A stretch of DNA of 28,057 nt from Acidimicrobiia bacterium. Its GTDB lineage: Bacteria; Actinomycetota; Acidimicrobiia; Spongiisociales; SHLN01. The DNA lies in the NCBI GenBank assembly GCA_013043085.1, contig JABDOU010000283.1:1-28057 (forward strand). Direction: 5' to 3'. Each line of letters starts with the position of its first letter. Positions within the stretch are counted from its first letter, which is position 1. Position numbers and translations under genes: made by a program. Below the pieces are notes generated by a model, which was not told the DNA's origin, did no database searches, and saw only the letters and a list, made by a program, of their open reading frames with translations. This document shows, piece by piece, positions 1 to 9,700 of this stretch.

Positions 1-583
1 TCGCATATTCGTCGACCTGATCCATGAGCTGGATCGACCCGTCCACGTAGTCCTGCAGTTGGCTGGCGAGCAGGGCTGCGCCGACTCCAGCCAGTCGGGC
101 GGTCAAGGTTCCGGTCGTCTCCGAGCGAGCGATCTCCGTGCGCCATGTGGCAAAGACCGGGCCGGTATCTAGACCCGAGTCGAGCTGCATCAAGCTCACG
201 CCGGTGTGCTCATCACCGGCAAGAATTGCTCTGGCTACGGGAGCAGCACCCCGCCAACGTGGGAGCAAGGAAAAGTGCAGATTCACAAAACCCCGGCGCG
301 GTGCGATCAGCAGAGCATCCGGGATGATCTGCCCGTATGCGACCACCACCGCCACATCTACCTCGAGCATGGCGTCGATGAGCTCGCCCGGACGTTCTGG
401 CTGCACAACCTCCATACCCCATTGGTTTGCGGCAACCTTTACCGGGGGTGCAACGGGTTGCTTAGAGCGTCTTTGCGGTCGGTCCGGCCGCGTCACCACA
501 AGAGCAATCTCGGCAACCTCAGAAATGGCGGCCAGCGAGGGCACCGCAGCCGAAGGAGTCCCGAAGAAGGCGACCCGGGTCAT
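1..583 (-). CDS. fmt: Methionyl-tRNA formyltransferase, N-terminal part (runs off the window edge; not in the ORF track)
   Basis: Manual translation from ATG at 583: MTRVAFFGTPSAAVPSL...VVTRPDRP...VVVAYGQII...GFVNLHFSLLPRWRGAAPV...LDSGLDTGPV. Contains the NxHxSLLPxxRG and DTG formyltransferase motifs; lies directly downstream of def. Confidence 0.95.
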   Translation of the reverse strand, partial: MTRVAFFGTPSAAVPSLAAISEVAEIALVVTRPDRPQRRSKQPVAPPVKVAANQWGMEVVQPERPGELIDAMLEVDVAVVVAYGQIIPDALLIAPRRGFVNLHFSLLPRWRGAAPVARAILAGDEHTGVSLMQLDSGLDTGPVFATWRTEIARSETTGTLTARLAGVGAALLASQLQDYVDGSIQLMDQVDEYA

Positions 584-593
584 CGGTCCACTG

Positions 594-1100
594 CTACAGC
601 TGAGCCTTGCGCCACTCGCGCATGAACTCGATTCTCAAATCACGCTCGAGGCGTTTGATCAACAGGGTGCCGTGAAGATGATCGACCTCGTGTTGCAGCA
701 TCCGTCCCATCAGCTCGTCGCCCTCCAATTCGATAGCCTGCCCATCCACGTCGAAGCCGGCAACGCGAGCGTACTCGGGACGAGTGATCGGCCAGAAATG
801 GCCCGGAACCGACAGACAGCCCTCATCGAACTCGTAGGTCCCGCTCGTTTCGACGATCTCGGGATTGATCATCGCCCCGGGACCCTCTCCGATGTCGTAT
901 ACGAAAACGCGTTTCGAGATGCCGATCTGGGGCGCCGCTAATCCGACTCCTGGTGCGTCGTACATGCTCTCGAGCATGTCCTCGACCAGATGTTCGAGGT
1001 CAGCGTCGAACTCTGTGACGGGCTGAGCCGTCTGTCGGAGGACGGGATCGCCGAAGGTTCTAATGGGGTATATCGCCATGGCCGGGTGAGGATAGGTCAC
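594..1100 (-). CDS. def: Peptide deformylase
   Basis: Motifs GVGLAAPQIG, EGCLSVPG and QHEVDHLHG (HExxH). Start is either the GTG at 1100 (GTGA overlap with the priA stop) or the ATG at 1079. Confidence 0.97.
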   Translation of the reverse strand: MTYPHPAMAIYPIRTFGDPVLRQTAQPVTEFDADLEHLVEDMLESMYDAPGVGLAAPQIGISKRVFVYDIGEGPGAMINPEIVETSGTYEFDEGCLSVPGHFWPITRPEYARVAGFDVDGQAIELEGDELMGRMLQHEVDHLHGTLLIKRLERDLRIEFMREWRKAQL

Positions 1101-2878
1101 AGGTCACGCGGATCTGCATCGACGCGGACCGTGATTCCCTTCTGTCGCCAGGTGTGAATCACATCTCGTAAACCAATGCGAAAAGCACGCAAATCACGAC
1201 CCTGGGCCAGCCATCGGAATCCGTGGCCGGCCGGCGCCGGCCCGAACAACTCCACACCACGCTCAGCAGCGAGGTCGGGAAGCTCATCCGTGGGTTCCGA
1301 TGTTTCAACGACCAGCACCTCCCCTGCCGGCGGTAACACCAGTCGGGCGCGTTCTGCGAGTTGTTCCAACATGAACTCCGATGCATCCCCCCGCCTGAGA
1401 GCAACGATTACCGGATCGAGAGGGTGACTGGTTTGCACAATGAGGCGGTTTCCTCTCCCCCGTTCGACCAGTCTCGCCACTCGCACCATGACCTGCAGCG
1501 ACCGTTCGCGAGCCCGGTAGTGAGGTGCGGCAATCAATCCATCTGCATCGACAATCAGCGCCAGATCAACACCTGTGGCGGCAGCAAGGTCCGCTTCGCT
1601 TCCAACGGAAACTCTCTTCTCGTGACCCGGCTCCGACAGGTCGATATCAAGTACTCGCCCGACGTGTTCGGCTATGCGTTCAACTCCGGCACCAAGCGGC
1701 TCGAACCTGACGCCCTTGCATGTTGTACACGCGTCGGATTCATAGCCGCATCGCTCACACACTGGCCCCCGGCCGAGCCGTGCCTCACAGGAAGAACATG
1801 TGCGGACCGCGCGACACTGCACACATCGAAATGCCGGTGCATAACCCCGTCGATGAGCAAATACGAACAGTCTCTTGCCGCTGTTGAATGCATGTGTGAG
1901 CGCCCGGGTGCCGGACGGACTGAGAAGCCGTCCTTCCGGTGGTTCCTCGGAACGGTCAATCACCTCGACCAGTGGCCAGAGCCTTGTCGAAGTGGCTACG
2001 ACTCCCACCCCTGCGTCAAGCAGGTCCGTTGAGGCGGTGGAGCCCACGAATGCCAGCGCAAACTTTTCTACCGTCGCCCGTTTTCGCAATACCTCGCGAA
2101 CGTGCATGGTTGGCGTCTGCGGCTCCTTCATGGCCGGACGTTCTTCCTCAACTGCGATCGCAATACCCAGATCGGCAACCGGCCAAAGCACCCCCTCTCG
2201 GGTCCCGACGAGCACATTCCCGGCCTGGGCAGCCATCCTCACCCACGCTCGCGTTCGGACCTTCGATTCGAGTCGGCTATGGGTAATGACGATCCGGTTG
2301 CCGAACCATGCTTCAAGCGCCCGGCCCAGCCGATCAGCTTCGATCACCGTCGGCGCGATCACCATCGCTGATCTTCCAGAACGAACCACGGGACCCAGCA
2401 AACCGGCTATGGCAGCGGGTAATTCATCTCGCACGAGAATCGCCGTCGCGGGCGTCCGCTTGCGGTTTGCGGCAGCCGTCGTAAATGACGGATGAACCGA
2501 TGAAGGTGTTCGTGCGGGATCTTCGAGCTCCGGCAGGCGAATTTTCTTGGGAAGATTCGGAGGCGTGGTTTTGGCAAGAACTACCGACATCGGAGCAACG
2601 TAATGGGTTGCAATCCAACGCAGCACTTCAACCCCTGAAGACGAAAAGGCTGGATAATCGCTCGAAACGGCAGCTATTGGTTTCAAACCCGTCACATCTC
2701 CGCGACGAACAGAAATCACGTACCCACGTTTCCTCCGGTTTCCCACTGGAATCCTGACGACTGAGCCAACCGAGAGGTCGAGTCCGGCTGGTATCGAATA
2801 GCTGAACCCGTCATCGACAGCGAATGTGGGAATCGCTGGAACAACCTGTGCTATCAGCTCTGCATCAGCGTCGCTCAA
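1097..2878 (-). CDS. priA: Primosomal protein N' (PriA), with degenerate helicase motifs
   Basis: N-terminal FSYSIPAGLDLSVGSVVRIPVGNR (PriA 3'-DNA-binding-domain-like), RRGYAP followed by four CxxC pairs, and the late motif LIVQTSHP. Located in the coaBC-priA-def-fmt context. Start uncertain: TTG at 2878 chosen, ORF open to 2905. Confidence 0.88.
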   Translation of the reverse strand: MSDADAELIAQVVPAIPTFAVDDGFSYSIPAGLDLSVGSVVRIPVGNRRKRGYVISVRRGDVTGLKPIAAVSSDYPAFSSSGVEVLRWIATHYVAPMSVVLAKTTPPNLPKKIRLPELEDPARTPSSVHPSFTTAAANRKRTPATAILVRDELPAAIAGLLGPVVRSGRSAMVIAPTVIEADRLGRALEAWFGNRIVITHSRLESKVRTRAWVRMAAQAGNVLVGTREGVLWPVADLGIAIAVEEERPAMKEPQTPTMHVREVLRKRATVEKFALAFVGSTASTDLLDAGVGVVATSTRLWPLVEVIDRSEEPPEGRLLSPSGTRALTHAFNSGKRLFVFAHRRGYAPAFRCVQCRAVRTCSSCEARLGRGPVCERCGYESDACTTCKGVRFEPLGAGVERIAEHVGRVLDIDLSEPGHEKRVSVGSEADLAAATGVDLALIVDADGLIAAPHYRARERSLQVMVRVARLVERGRGNRLIVQTSHPLDPVIVALRRGDASEFMLEQLAERARLVLPPAGEVLVVETSEPTDELPDLAAERGVELFGPAPAGHGFRWLAQGRDLRAFRIGLRDVIHTWRQKGITVRVDADPRDL

Positions 2879-4040
2879 GCACCGTATCCCATAACCGGTG
2901 AGCAACTTCGGCCTTGCTGAGGGTTGGCCAGACGTCCTGTTGCCCGTCCGGCGTCACGAGCATGACCTGATTGGTATCTGTCCCGAAACCGGAATCAGGT
3001 CGGGACACGTCGTTTGCGACGAGAAGATCGACCTTCTTGCGCTTGGCCTTGTCGATGGCTCGATCGAGCGAACCAACTTCAGCTGCGAACCCGACGAGGT
3101 ACGTTTCGGGCGATCGTTCTGCCACGCCGGCAAGCACGTCCGGAGTCGGCTCCATCGCCAGCGTAGGTGGCCCGGACGACCGGTCAATCTTCGCCTCAGA
3201 CGTCTTGCCGGGCCGAAAGTCAGCTACCGCCGCCGCCATCACTGCCACGTCAAGCCCTTCGAGAGAAGCCCAGGCGGCTTCGGCCATCTCCTGGGCGGAT
3301 TCGACCGTTACAACAGAGATGTTCTCGTGGTCAGGAGCCCCCACCGAGGTGACCAGCCTCACGCGAGCCCCTCTTCGCGCCGCGTCGAGAGCAATCGCGT
3401 TGCCCATCTTTCCGCTCGATCGGTTGCCGATGTATCGAACTGGATCTATCGGCTCGCGGGTGCCACCGGCCGTTACCAGTACGGTCAAGCCATCCATGTC
3501 ACCGGGTCCCAGAATGCGGATGACCTCAGAAATGATCTCATCGGGTTCAACCATCCTGCCCGTTCCATGATCGCCGCTGGTCAGCGCTCCCTCAACCGGT
3601 CCGACGAGATATACACCATCGGCCAGGAGTTGGGCTGTGTTCCTACGGGTGGCGGGTTGCTCCCACATCTCGGTATGCATCGCCGGGGCGAAGAGGCGTG
3701 GAGCTCTCGAAGCGAGCAATGTTGCCGACAGCAGATCGCTACCCCCGCCAATCGCGGCTCTGGCCAAGAAGTTGGCGGTTGCCGGCGCGACCACGATGAT
3801 CTCGGCCCAGCGCGCTAGATCGGTGTGAGGACTCGGGCTCAGCCCGTCGAACAGGTTGGTGTGCACGGGACGACCTGCGATTGCGGACAGAGTTTGTTGT
3901 CCGACAAACTGTTGAGCGGCGTCCGTCAGAATGACTTCGAGTTCGGCGCCGGCCTCCATGAATCTCCTGGCGAGATAGGCAGCTTTGTAGGCCGCAACGC
4001 CTCCACTGATACCTAGAAGAACTCGCCGATCGGCGAGCAC
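2865..4040 (-). CDS. coaBC: Bifunctional phosphopantothenoylcysteine decarboxylase / phosphopantothenate-cysteine ligase
   Basis: Motifs LLGISGGVAAYKA, VAPATAN, PAMHTEMW, TAGGTREPIDPVRYIGNRSSGKMG, AAAVADF and GFAAE. Confidence 0.96.
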   Translation of the reverse strand: MLADRRVLLGISGGVAAYKAAYLARRFMEAGAELEVILTDAAQQFVGQQTLSAIAGRPVHTNLFDGLSPSPHTDLARWAEIIVVAPATANFLARAAIGGGSDLLSATLLASRAPRLFAPAMHTEMWEQPATRRNTAQLLADGVYLVGPVEGALTSGDHGTGRMVEPDEIISEVIRILGPGDMDGLTVLVTAGGTREPIDPVRYIGNRSSGKMGNAIALDAARRGARVRLVTSVGAPDHENISVVTVESAQEMAEAAWASLEGLDVAVMAAAVADFRPGKTSEAKIDRSSGPPTLAMEPTPDVLAGVAERSPETYLVGFAAEVGSLDRAIDKAKRKKVDLLVANDVSRPDSGFGTDTNQVMLVTPDGQQDVWPTLSKAEVAHRLWDTVLERR

Positions 4041-4041
4041 G

Positions 4042-4275
4042 TTACTCCGGCTCGACGATGTCTACCGCAACCTTGCCTGCCGCGATCTCCTCGAGTGCAA
4101 TCGATAGCGGCTTGCGGGACAACGTCTGCACCTGGGGTGGAGCGTACGTCCCGATACCTTCGCCAAGCTGGTTGTAATAGGCGTTGATCTGACGTGCTCT
4201 CCTGCTCGACAGCACGACGAGGGTGAAGCGCGACTTGGTCTCTTTGAGGACGTCTTCGATTGGCGGGTTGATCAT
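4042..4275 (-). CDS. rpoZ: RNA polymerase omega subunit (actinobacterial type)
   Basis: NPPIEDVL...SRFTLVVLSSRRARQINAYY...KPLSIALEEIAAGK; located between gmk and coaBC. Confidence 0.95.
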   Translation of the reverse strand: MINPPIEDVLKETKSRFTLVVLSSRRARQINAYYNQLGEGIGTYAPPQVQTLSRKPLSIALEEIAAGKVAVDIVEPE

Positions 4276-5142
4276 TTATTGCATCCGAAACTTGGGGAGG
4301 ACCCGAAGTATAGAGCGCAGCTCACCTGCAGCACGTTCCACGTCGTCGTTGACGACAGTGAAATCAAAGAATGGAACTTCCTCGAGTTCCTTTCTTGCAG
4401 TCGCAAGCCGTTCGGCAACATTGGTCGTGTCACCTCGTCCTTTGAGTCGCTGTTCCAGTTCTTCGATGCTCGGCGGAAGTATGAACACGAGCAACGCCTC
4501 GGGCATCGCTGTCTTGACCTGCCTGGCGCCCTGCACTTCGATCTCGAGAACAACATCTCGACCCGCCCGCAGGTGCTGTTCGACGGCTTCACGCGGCGTG
4601 CCGTAGAGGTTGCCTGCGTACTCTGCCCACTCGAGCAGGCGATCCTCATCGATCCACTCATTGAATTCGGTTTCACTGAGGAAGAAGTAATCCCGACCGT
4701 CTACCTCGCCGGGACGCATCTGCCTTGTGGTAGCAGAAACCGAAAGGTGAAACGACGTGTGCTTGGCAAGTTCTCGAATAACCGTTCCCTTGCCCACTCC
4801 GCTAGGCCCGGAGACAACGATCAACCGACCCCGTGCCAACTCGAGCAGTGCTTTGCGGTGATTGTGGCTGAGATCGGCGATTCGGACGGTCTCCTCAACC
4901 CCGAGATCTTGCAGGCAAGCGAGGGTTTTGACCTTCCCGACCCCGGGTATCACCCACATGAGTGATGCCACTTTCGACGCGCCCAGGGTCGCATCGGTCG
5001 ACGCCTGATCGAATAGCTCCTCGAGCGTCATTCGCCTCGTGCGGAGAGCCTCTCGTGCGCGCTTGCGGACATCCCGGAATCTCGCAGCATGGTCGAGCAC
5101 TTCACCACGATCAGCCACGTGACGCTCCGGCAATCTCCTCAT
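4276..5142 (-). CDS. gmk: Fusion protein (288 aa): N-terminal mIHF/sIHF-like nucleoid-associated domain plus C-terminal guanylate kinase
   Basis: ATG at 5142. Residues 1-103 resemble actinobacterial IHF (LPxxxxxxRxxxLxxAAxxR and KVxSLMxxIPGVGKVK). From about residue 105 it is Gmk: LIVVSGPSGVGKGT, SVSATTRQMRPGEVDGRDYFF, LEWAEYAGNLYGTP, LEIEVQGA, FILPPS, VVNDD. No stop codon between the two domains. Confidence 0.9.
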   Translation of the reverse strand: MRRLPERHVADRGEVLDHAARFRDVRKRAREALRTRRMTLEELFDQASTDATLGASKVASLMWVIPGVGKVKTLACLQDLGVEETVRIADLSHNHRKALLELARGRLIVVSGPSGVGKGTVIRELAKHTSFHLSVSATTRQMRPGEVDGRDYFFLSETEFNEWIDEDRLLEWAEYAGNLYGTPREAVEQHLRAGRDVVLEIEVQGARQVKTAMPEALLVFILPPSIEELEQRLKGRGDTTNVAERLATARKELEEVPFFDFTVVNDDVERAAGELRSILRVLPKFRMQ

Positions 5143-5821
5143 TGATTCGTGCGACGGCCTCGACCGGGTTCGCTGCAGCAGTGATGGGGCGCCCGACGAC
5201 CAGATAGTCGGCGCCGCGGGCCACGGCCTCGGCTGGTGTAGCCGATCGGCGCTGGTCCGCACGATCCATCGCTGCTGGACGAATGCCCGGCGTCACCCTG
5301 ACCATATCGGGAGCGACGTCGGCCACAACACCGAGTTCCGGGACTCCGCAGACCACACCCTCCACCCCGGCATCGGCTGCTGCGCGAGCGAGTCGCGATA
5401 CGAGTTTGCCGGGGGTCGTCCCTGGTGCAATCTTCTCCACGTCACCTGGCTCGAGGCTGGTGAGGACCGTGACAGCCAGGATTCCCACATCGCCGCCACC
5501 CGCGCCCGACCTCATGCCTTCGTTGGCAGCCTCCATCATCGTCCGACCCCCTGATGCGTGAACTGTCAACCACCTTGCACCATATTGACCAACCCGCCGG
5601 GCCGCGGCCTCGACCTGGGAGGGAATGTCGTGAAGTTTGGCGTCGACGAAGACGGGGAGCCCTATGCGCGCCAGCGCCGCCGTGGTGGCAGGTCCGGGTC
5701 CCATCAAGAGCCCCAGTCCGATCTTGAAGCCGGCGACGTGGTCTTTGAGGCGTTGGGCGATGGTCACGGCTTCGTCGGCGCTCGGTAGATCAAGCGCCAG
5801 GAGGATCCGACTCGTTACCAC
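5111..5821 (-). CDS. pyrF: Orotidine-5'-phosphate decarboxylase
   Basis: Motifs ILLALD, FKIG, DAKLHDIP, TVHASGG, AVTVLTS, TPGIRP and DYLVVGRPIT. GTG start at 5821 overlaps the pyrD stop; the ORF-track extension to 6049 lies inside pyrD. Confidence 0.95.
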   Translation of the reverse strand: MVTSRILLALDLPSADEAVTIAQRLKDHVAGFKIGLGLLMGPGPATTAALARIGLPVFVDAKLHDIPSQVEAAARRVGQYGARWLTVHASGGRTMMEAANEGMRSGAGGGDVGILAVTVLTSLEPGDVEKIAPGTTPGKLVSRLARAAADAGVEGVVCGVPELGVVADVAPDMVRVTPGIRPAAMDRADQRRSATPAEAVARGADYLVVGRPITAAANPVEAVARINEEIAGASRG

Positions 5822-6723
5822 GGGGAAGCAGTTCCAACCAGGTCTGCCGGCGACGACTCGTTGTTTTGTCGCAACCATCGTTTCAGTTCTTTGAGGATGC
5901 GTCGACCGGCGCGGGGCTCGGCAAAGTGGGTTGAACCGATCTGAACCGCTGATGCACCGGCCATGAGATACTCCACGACGTTCCGACCCGAACGAACGCC
6001 CCCGCAACCGACGATCGGAAACCCGGGTAGCGATTGATGCACCTCCCACACGCAGCGCAACGCAATCGGCTTCAGGCCAACGCCCGAATAGCCCCCGACC
6101 CCACCAGAAAGCAGCGGTTTTCGAGTGTCGATATCGACGCCGAAGCCCCAGGCTGTATTCGTCAGAACCACCCAGTCGGCTCCTGCATCCTGAACAGCAG
6201 CGGCAACCCGGACGATGTCTTCGCTGTTGGGTGATAGCTTGGCGCCGATTGGTTTGTCGGTTGCGGCTTTGACCTCGGAGATGACCTTCGCCGAGGCGTC
6301 GGGACTCAACGCGAACATGTCATGGTCCAGGTTTGGGCAAGCGAGATTCACCTCAACGGCGCCGACCCCGGCCACGCTATCAATGGCAGCCGCGACTCTG
6401 GCAAATTCGGCCACGGTGTGCCCGACTGCCGAGGCCCACACCTCAACGTCTAGATCAGCAAATGAAGGAGCGAACTCTTGCAGCCAGGCCTCTACGCCCG
6501 GGTTTTGGATGCCGATGCCATTCAACATCGACGCTCCCGCCGGTGCCATCCGTGGCGGCTTTCTTCCGTCCCACGCCACCGGGGCAACCGACTTTGCCAC
6601 CGCTGCGCCATAAGGCCGTAACGATGCAACTTCGGCGAACTCAACAACCGACCCGACAGTCCCTGACGCCGCTATCAACGGCGATCGCAGCTCATTGCCG
6701 CCGAGTTCGACGGCCATATTCAC
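5815..6723 (-). CDS. pyrD: Dihydroorotate dehydrogenase catalytic subunit, family 1B-like
   Basis: Motifs [26 protein letters not shown] (catalytic Cys), AKLSPN, LTNT, GGYSG and IVGCGGV. GTGA overlap with the carB stop. Confidence 0.93.
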   Translation of the reverse strand: MNMAVELGGNELRSPLIAASGTVGSVVEFAEVASLRPYGAAVAKSVAPVAWDGRKPPRMAPAGASMLNGIGIQNPGVEAWLQEFAPSFADLDVEVWASAVGHTVAEFARVAAAIDSVAGVGAVEVNLACPNLDHDMFALSPDASAKVISEVKAATDKPIGAKLSPNSEDIVRVAAAVQDAGADWVVLTNTAWGFGVDIDTRKPLLSGGVGGYSGVGLKPIALRCVWEVHQSLPGFPIVGCGGVRSGRNVVEYLMAGASAVQIGSTHFAEPRAGRRILKELKRWLRQNNESSPADLVGTASPW

Positions 6724-9700
6724 GAGTGATACTCCTGCAGGCTGGCGACCGAAACAACGCCCTCGGAGCCGGCCTCGATGCTCTCTACTGCAGCTCGAGC
6801 TCCTGCCAACGTGGTCACCGATGGAATCTCGGCCCGCTGTGAGGCTTGTCGAATCAATCGGCCATCACCGCGGGCGCGACGCCCTCGCGGTGTGTTGATG
6901 ACGAGGTCCACCTTGTCCTCGGCAATGAGGCGAACCGGATCCCATGGTCCGTCCCCGACCTTGTCCACAGCCACCGAGGCCACACTGTGCTGTGCCAGGT
7001 ATTCGGCGGTCCCGTAGGTCGCCAGAATCCGAAAGCCCATGTTGGCGAAACGGCGGGCCACCTCGACACCCTCGGCTTTATCTCGATCGGACAGCGAGAT
7101 GAATACGGTCCCAGACGTTGGCAGCGCCTGGCCGGTCGCCATGAACGCCTTGGCATACGCCGTTGGCGTGTCGCTCGCAATCCCCATGACCTCACCGGTT
7201 GCTCTCATCTCGGGACCGAGAACACTGTCTTCGCCCGGGAACCGGTTCCAGGGAAGCACCGCCTCTTTGACTGCTACAAACCCGAGGTCGGTAGGAGCAT
7301 CTCGCAGCAACCCCTCGATCCGCAGCTCCTCGAGCGAAGACCCCATCATCACTCTCGCGGCCACCTTGGCAAGAGGTACGCCTGTCGCCTTCGAAATAAA
7401 CGGCACTGTTCGTGAACCGCGGGGGTTGGCTTCGAGCACGACCACTTCGTTGCCCCGAACGGCAAATTGAATGTTGATGAGGCCCCTGACATCGAGGCCG
7501 GCGGCGAGATCGTGGGTATACATCCGCATCAGCTTCTGGGCTTCGTCCGAAATAGTGGGTGGAGGCACGACACACGCCGAATCCCCCGAGTGGACGCCGG
7601 CTTCCTCGACATGCTCCATGACCCCACCGACATAGAGTTCGGCGCCGTCGAAAACAGCATCAACGTCGACTTCAACGGCTGCTTCCAGAAATCGATCGAT
7701 CAGGAGCGGCGCCTTGCTGAGATCAACCGAGCCATCTCCAGATGCCGACAGATTCTCGACATACGCCGTGAGCTCTTCGACTGAGTAGATCACGCGCATG
7801 GCTCTCCCGCCGAGAACGTAGGAGGGGCGTACCATGACCGGAAAGCCGATCGTATCTACGATCTCTTCGGCCTCCAGAACCGATGAAGCAATGCCGTTTG
7901 GAGGCTGCGGAACACCCAGTTCCCGACACAGTGCGTCAAATCGTTTCCGATCCTCCGCCGCATCAATCGCATCGGGCTGAGTACCGGCGATGGGGACATC
8001 GTATTCGGCGAGAGCTGCGGCCAGGTTGAGGGGCGTCTGTCCCCCCAGCTGAACCACCACGCCGATTGGTTGCTCCTGGTCGATGACAGCGAGAACGTCC
8101 TCAATATGCAGCGGCTCGAAATAAAGGCGGTCGGACGTGTCGTAGTCGGTTGAGACCGTCTCCGGATTGCAGTTGACCATCACCGTTTCGTACCCAGCGT
8201 CGCGAAGAGCCAACGAGGCGTGGACACAGCAATAGTCGAATTCGATCCCCTGGCCGATCCGATTCGGGCCCGATCCGAGCACGATTACGGTGTTGTTGCC
8301 GGCATCGGGCGCCTCGTTTTCCTCTTCATACGTACTGTAGAAATAGGGCGTCGCCGCCTCGAATTCGGCTGCGCACGTATCCACGGTCTTGTACGTGACC
8401 TGAATCCCTGCCTGGCGGCGCAGCTTCCGTATCTCGCCGGCGGTCGAATCCCAGATGCGGGCCAATTGATCGTCACTGAAGCCGAACCGCTTCGCACTGC
8501 GGATCTCCTGTACTCCCGGCTGCGAGATCTCGAGCTCACGGCGCAGCTCGACGATCGCCGCAATTTGATCCACGAACCACGGGTCAATCGCGGTTGCCGA
8601 AGCCACATCGGCGACGGATGCCCCCCGCCGGAGAACCTCTGCGATTTGAAACAATCGATCGGGCGTGGGGACTTCGACGGCGTCCATGAGCTCAGCTCGC
8701 GTCATCGTCTCCCAGCGAGATTCCATTGCAGTCGCAACCAGCCCTGAATGTCCGGTTTCGAGACTTCGAACTGCTTTCTGGAGGGCTTCGGGAAAGGTGC
8801 GGCCGATCGACATGACCTCTCCAACACTTTGCATAGAGGTCGTCAACACTCCGTCCGCCGACGGGAACTTCGCGAAATCGAATCGTGGAATCTTTACTAC
8901 GACGTAGTCGAGCGCCGGCTCAAAAGATGCGGGAGTTGCCAGCGTTATGTCGTTTGGGATCTCGTCGAGGGTGTATCCAACGGCCAGCAGCGCCGCAATC
9001 TTTGCAATCGGAAAACCGGTGGCTTTCGAAGCCAGAGCTGACGAACGCGACACCCGGGGGTTCATTTCGATGATCACTCTCCGACCGGTGGCCGGATCGA
9101 CGGCAAACTGCACATTTGAGCCACCGGTCTGCACCCCAATCACAGACAGGCACAGGATCGCCTCATCACGCATCAGCTGGTATTCACGGTCAGACAGTGT
9201 CTGAATCGGAGCGACCGTCACAGAATCTCCGGTGTGGACACCCATGGGATCGAGATTCTCAATTGAACAGACGACTACGGCATTGTTCGCCGAATCGCGC
9301 ATCACCTCCAGCTCGAACTCTTTCCACCCATACAAGGATTCCTCGATGAGAACCTCGGAAATGGGTGACGTCGCCAGTCCGTGCCCGACAACAGCCTTGA
9401 ATTCTTCCAAATCATATGCGAGACCTGTCCCTCCACCTCCAAGGATGAACGACGGTCTGACCATGACCGGGAAACCGATGCTTTCTGCCGCCTCGATCGC
9501 CTCGCTCAGGGACCTCGCATACTCGGCCCGTGCAGTGGCGATGCCCGCGTCTTCCATCGCGGTTTTGAACTTTCCTCGATCTTCGGCCATGTCGATCGCC
9601 GCCAGAGGGGCACCGATTACCTCGACGCCGTACTTCTCGAGAACACCCATCGCTCCCAGAGCAGTGGTCGCATTGAGTGCCGTCTGGCCTCCGAGCGTGG

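Noticed and set aside
138-941. 267-aa plus-strand ORF
   Set aside because: Antisense shadow of def and fmt, which have clear motifs; no recognisable domain.
2898-3818. 306-aa plus-strand ORF
   Set aside because: Antisense to coaBC; Arg/Gly-rich composition typical of GC-rich shadow frames.
5143-5262. N-terminal extension of the mIHF-gmk ORF in the track
   Set aside because: Lies inside pyrF; similarity to mIHF begins at the ATG at 5142.
5822-6049. N-terminal extension of pyrF in the track
   Set aside because: Lies inside pyrD; PyrF homology begins at the GTG at 5821.
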